Positions 62,766-64,000 of a DNA stretch of 64,000 nt are shown piece by piece. The position numbers were made by a program, and so were the translations under genes. The DNA is from a bacterium. Its GTDB lineage: Bacteria; SAR324; NAC60-12. Numbering within the stretch: position 1 is the stretch's first letter; each line of letters starts with the position of its first letter. The stretch is from positions 2,240,001 to 2,304,000 of the forward strand of contig OZ242383.1 in the NCBI GenBank assembly GCA_965209155.1, read 5' to 3'. The notes under the pieces are model-generated. The model was not told where the DNA came from and made no database searches. It worked only from the letters and a program-made list of their open reading frames with translations.

Positions 62766-63425
62766 GTGAAGAAATACATTCTCTTTGACCATGATGGTGT
62801 TCTGGTGGATACCGAATTCTGGTATTTCAAAGCCGGAGAGCGCGCCCTGGCTGACATTGGATTTACCTTGGATAGAGACCAATACCTCCGAGACATGACC
62901 CAGGGATTGGCCACCTGGGCCCAAGCCATAGCGGCAGGTATTGATGAACAGACCATCAGCAGGCAGCGTGAGGTCCGCAATGTCTATTATCAGGAATATC
63001 TTAGAACGGAAGACATCGAGATCGAGGGTGTCCTGCAAACACTGGCCGAACTCGCGGATACGTACAGGATGGGTATCATTACTACATCCAAACCGGCCGA
63101 CTTCGCCTTAATACACGAAAAGCGATCCATCCTGGACTACATGGAATTCTATTTGGCTAGGGATGACTACGAGCAAGCAAAACCACATCCCGAGCCCTAT
63201 CTGAAAGGACTCCAACGCTTTGGCGCTACTGCCGCCGAAACGGTGGTTATTGAAGACTCGGCGAGAGGGTTGAAGTCGGCAGTAGCAGCGGGTATTGACT
63301 GCATCGTGGTTGCAAACGAGTTCACTGCAGCTCACGATTTGTCCAAAGCAACTGCCAGGGTCGCTACGTTTAGGGAATTGCCGTCTACTATAAGGGGCTT
63401 AGCAAGTTTAGCCAGGCGTCGCTGA
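62766..63425 (+). CDS. HAD-family phosphatase/hydrolase
   Basis: ILFDHDGVLVDTE, ITTS, KPHPEPY, VIEDSARGL. Confidence 0.93.
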   Translation: MKKYILFDHDGVLVDTEFWYFKAGERALADIGFTLDRDQYLRDMTQGLATWAQAIAAGIDEQTISRQREVRNVYYQEYLRTEDIEIEGVLQTLAELADTYRMGIITTSKPADFALIHEKRSILDYMEFYLARDDYEQAKPHPEPYLKGLQRFGATAAETVVIEDSARGLKSAVAAGIDCIVVANEFTAAHDLSKATARVATFRELPSTIRGLASLARRR

Positions 63426-63454
63426 AAAGCGCGCGTCTGCTAAAAGCGTTAGGT
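63397..63454 (+). other. attC-like integron cassette recombination site (degenerate)
   Basis: GCTTAGC ... GTTAGGT enclosing an imperfect palindrome (TTTAGCCAGGCGTCGC / GCGCGCGTCTGCTAAA). Matching GTTAAGC at 62737-62743 upstream of the gene. Confidence 0.55.
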
Positions 63455-63721
63455 CTTAGAAAACGAGAGTCATGGAAATCGCATTTGGTTGCGGAGCCTT
63501 TGGATGGTACCCGCATAGACCCTTAACCCCAATTGATTACCCCTAGAGTGTGTGCCGCTCACATCACACGGCGCCAGTAGCCGTGGAACTGCGCCACTGC
63601 ACCCTTGCCGGCCGTCTCGTTGCGAGTGTAGTGGGCGGGCATTGCGGGCTAATGATCGGCCGGAGAACAGGTCGATGTCGATCAGGGTGTATCGCTCATC
63701 CTTCTCACGGGTCTGGGGGAA

Positions 63722-64000
63722 GTGATTCGGCTAATGGGGATCGCATTGAAAAAATTGCCAGGTATATGAGCAGGGCTGCTATCTCTGTTGAGAGAGTGGA
63801 GTTTAATCCAGAAGAGAACACGGTAACGGTTTATGAGAAACAAAAGAAAACTTCCTCCTCCAAAACGGCCCATTACGATATATTGGAGTTTATCGCTCTT
63901 TTGGCCGGACATATTCCGTCGCCATATGAAACGATTACATTTTATTATGGCATATACAGCAGTTCCTATCGCGGTAAGGAGAAAAAAGAAAAAGGGAGGG
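63722..64000 (+). mobile_element. Second IS91-family transposase fragment (runs off the window)
   Basis: 63789-64000 is nearly identical to 60307-60518. It extends further 5' with IEKIARYMSRAAISVER, which contains the Y2 tyrosine motif. Confidence 0.85.

Noticed and set aside
63590..63640. Second attC-like hairpin
   Set aside because: Palindromic but lacks properly placed RYYYAAC/GTTRRRY core sites.

Overview
Bacterial chromosomal window, probably Gram-negative (Lol permease, sigma54-type activator); finer taxonomy cannot be set from the sequence alone. Housekeeping genes (aminopeptidase P, ribE, serC, alaS, lolC/E, aspS, aceE-like with a divergent Lrp) alternate with accessory DNA. (1) An AT-richer island (~8.3-25.6 kb) lies between lolC/E and aspS, bracketed by deleted relics of an AAA-ATPase/DUF4276-like pair and a type I HsdR. 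Its core is a co-oriented cluster: GHKL ATPase, two unknown proteins, a Cys-rich PP-loop (PAPS-reductase-like) protein, a cysteine desulfurase, a GHKL/histidine-kinase hybrid and an atypical receiver protein. No methyltransferase and no DndBDE or SspBC gene was recognised. This is the best candidate for an undescribed sulfur-based DNA-modification/defence system. A degenerate IS1380 and a 1265-aa nuclease-like protein follow. (2) Two paralogous peptide/nickel-type ABC uptake operons are linked to PhyH dioxygenase and oxidoreductase genes. The second has a sigma54-type promoter downstream of a ~2083-aa Arm-DNA-binding/pseudokinase/AAA/GAF/PAS/sigma54 activator gene that is split by an ISKra4-family element. 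(3) The right end is rich in mobile DNA: IS91 fragments, an integron-like HAD cassette, and an IS110 element inserted at the CT of a REP-like hairpin. The four guide segments of that element's bridge RNA and its circle-junction promoter can be read directly from the sequence. Many pseudogenes are telescoped by large internal deletions. All family assignments come from motif recognition by eye; no searches were run.
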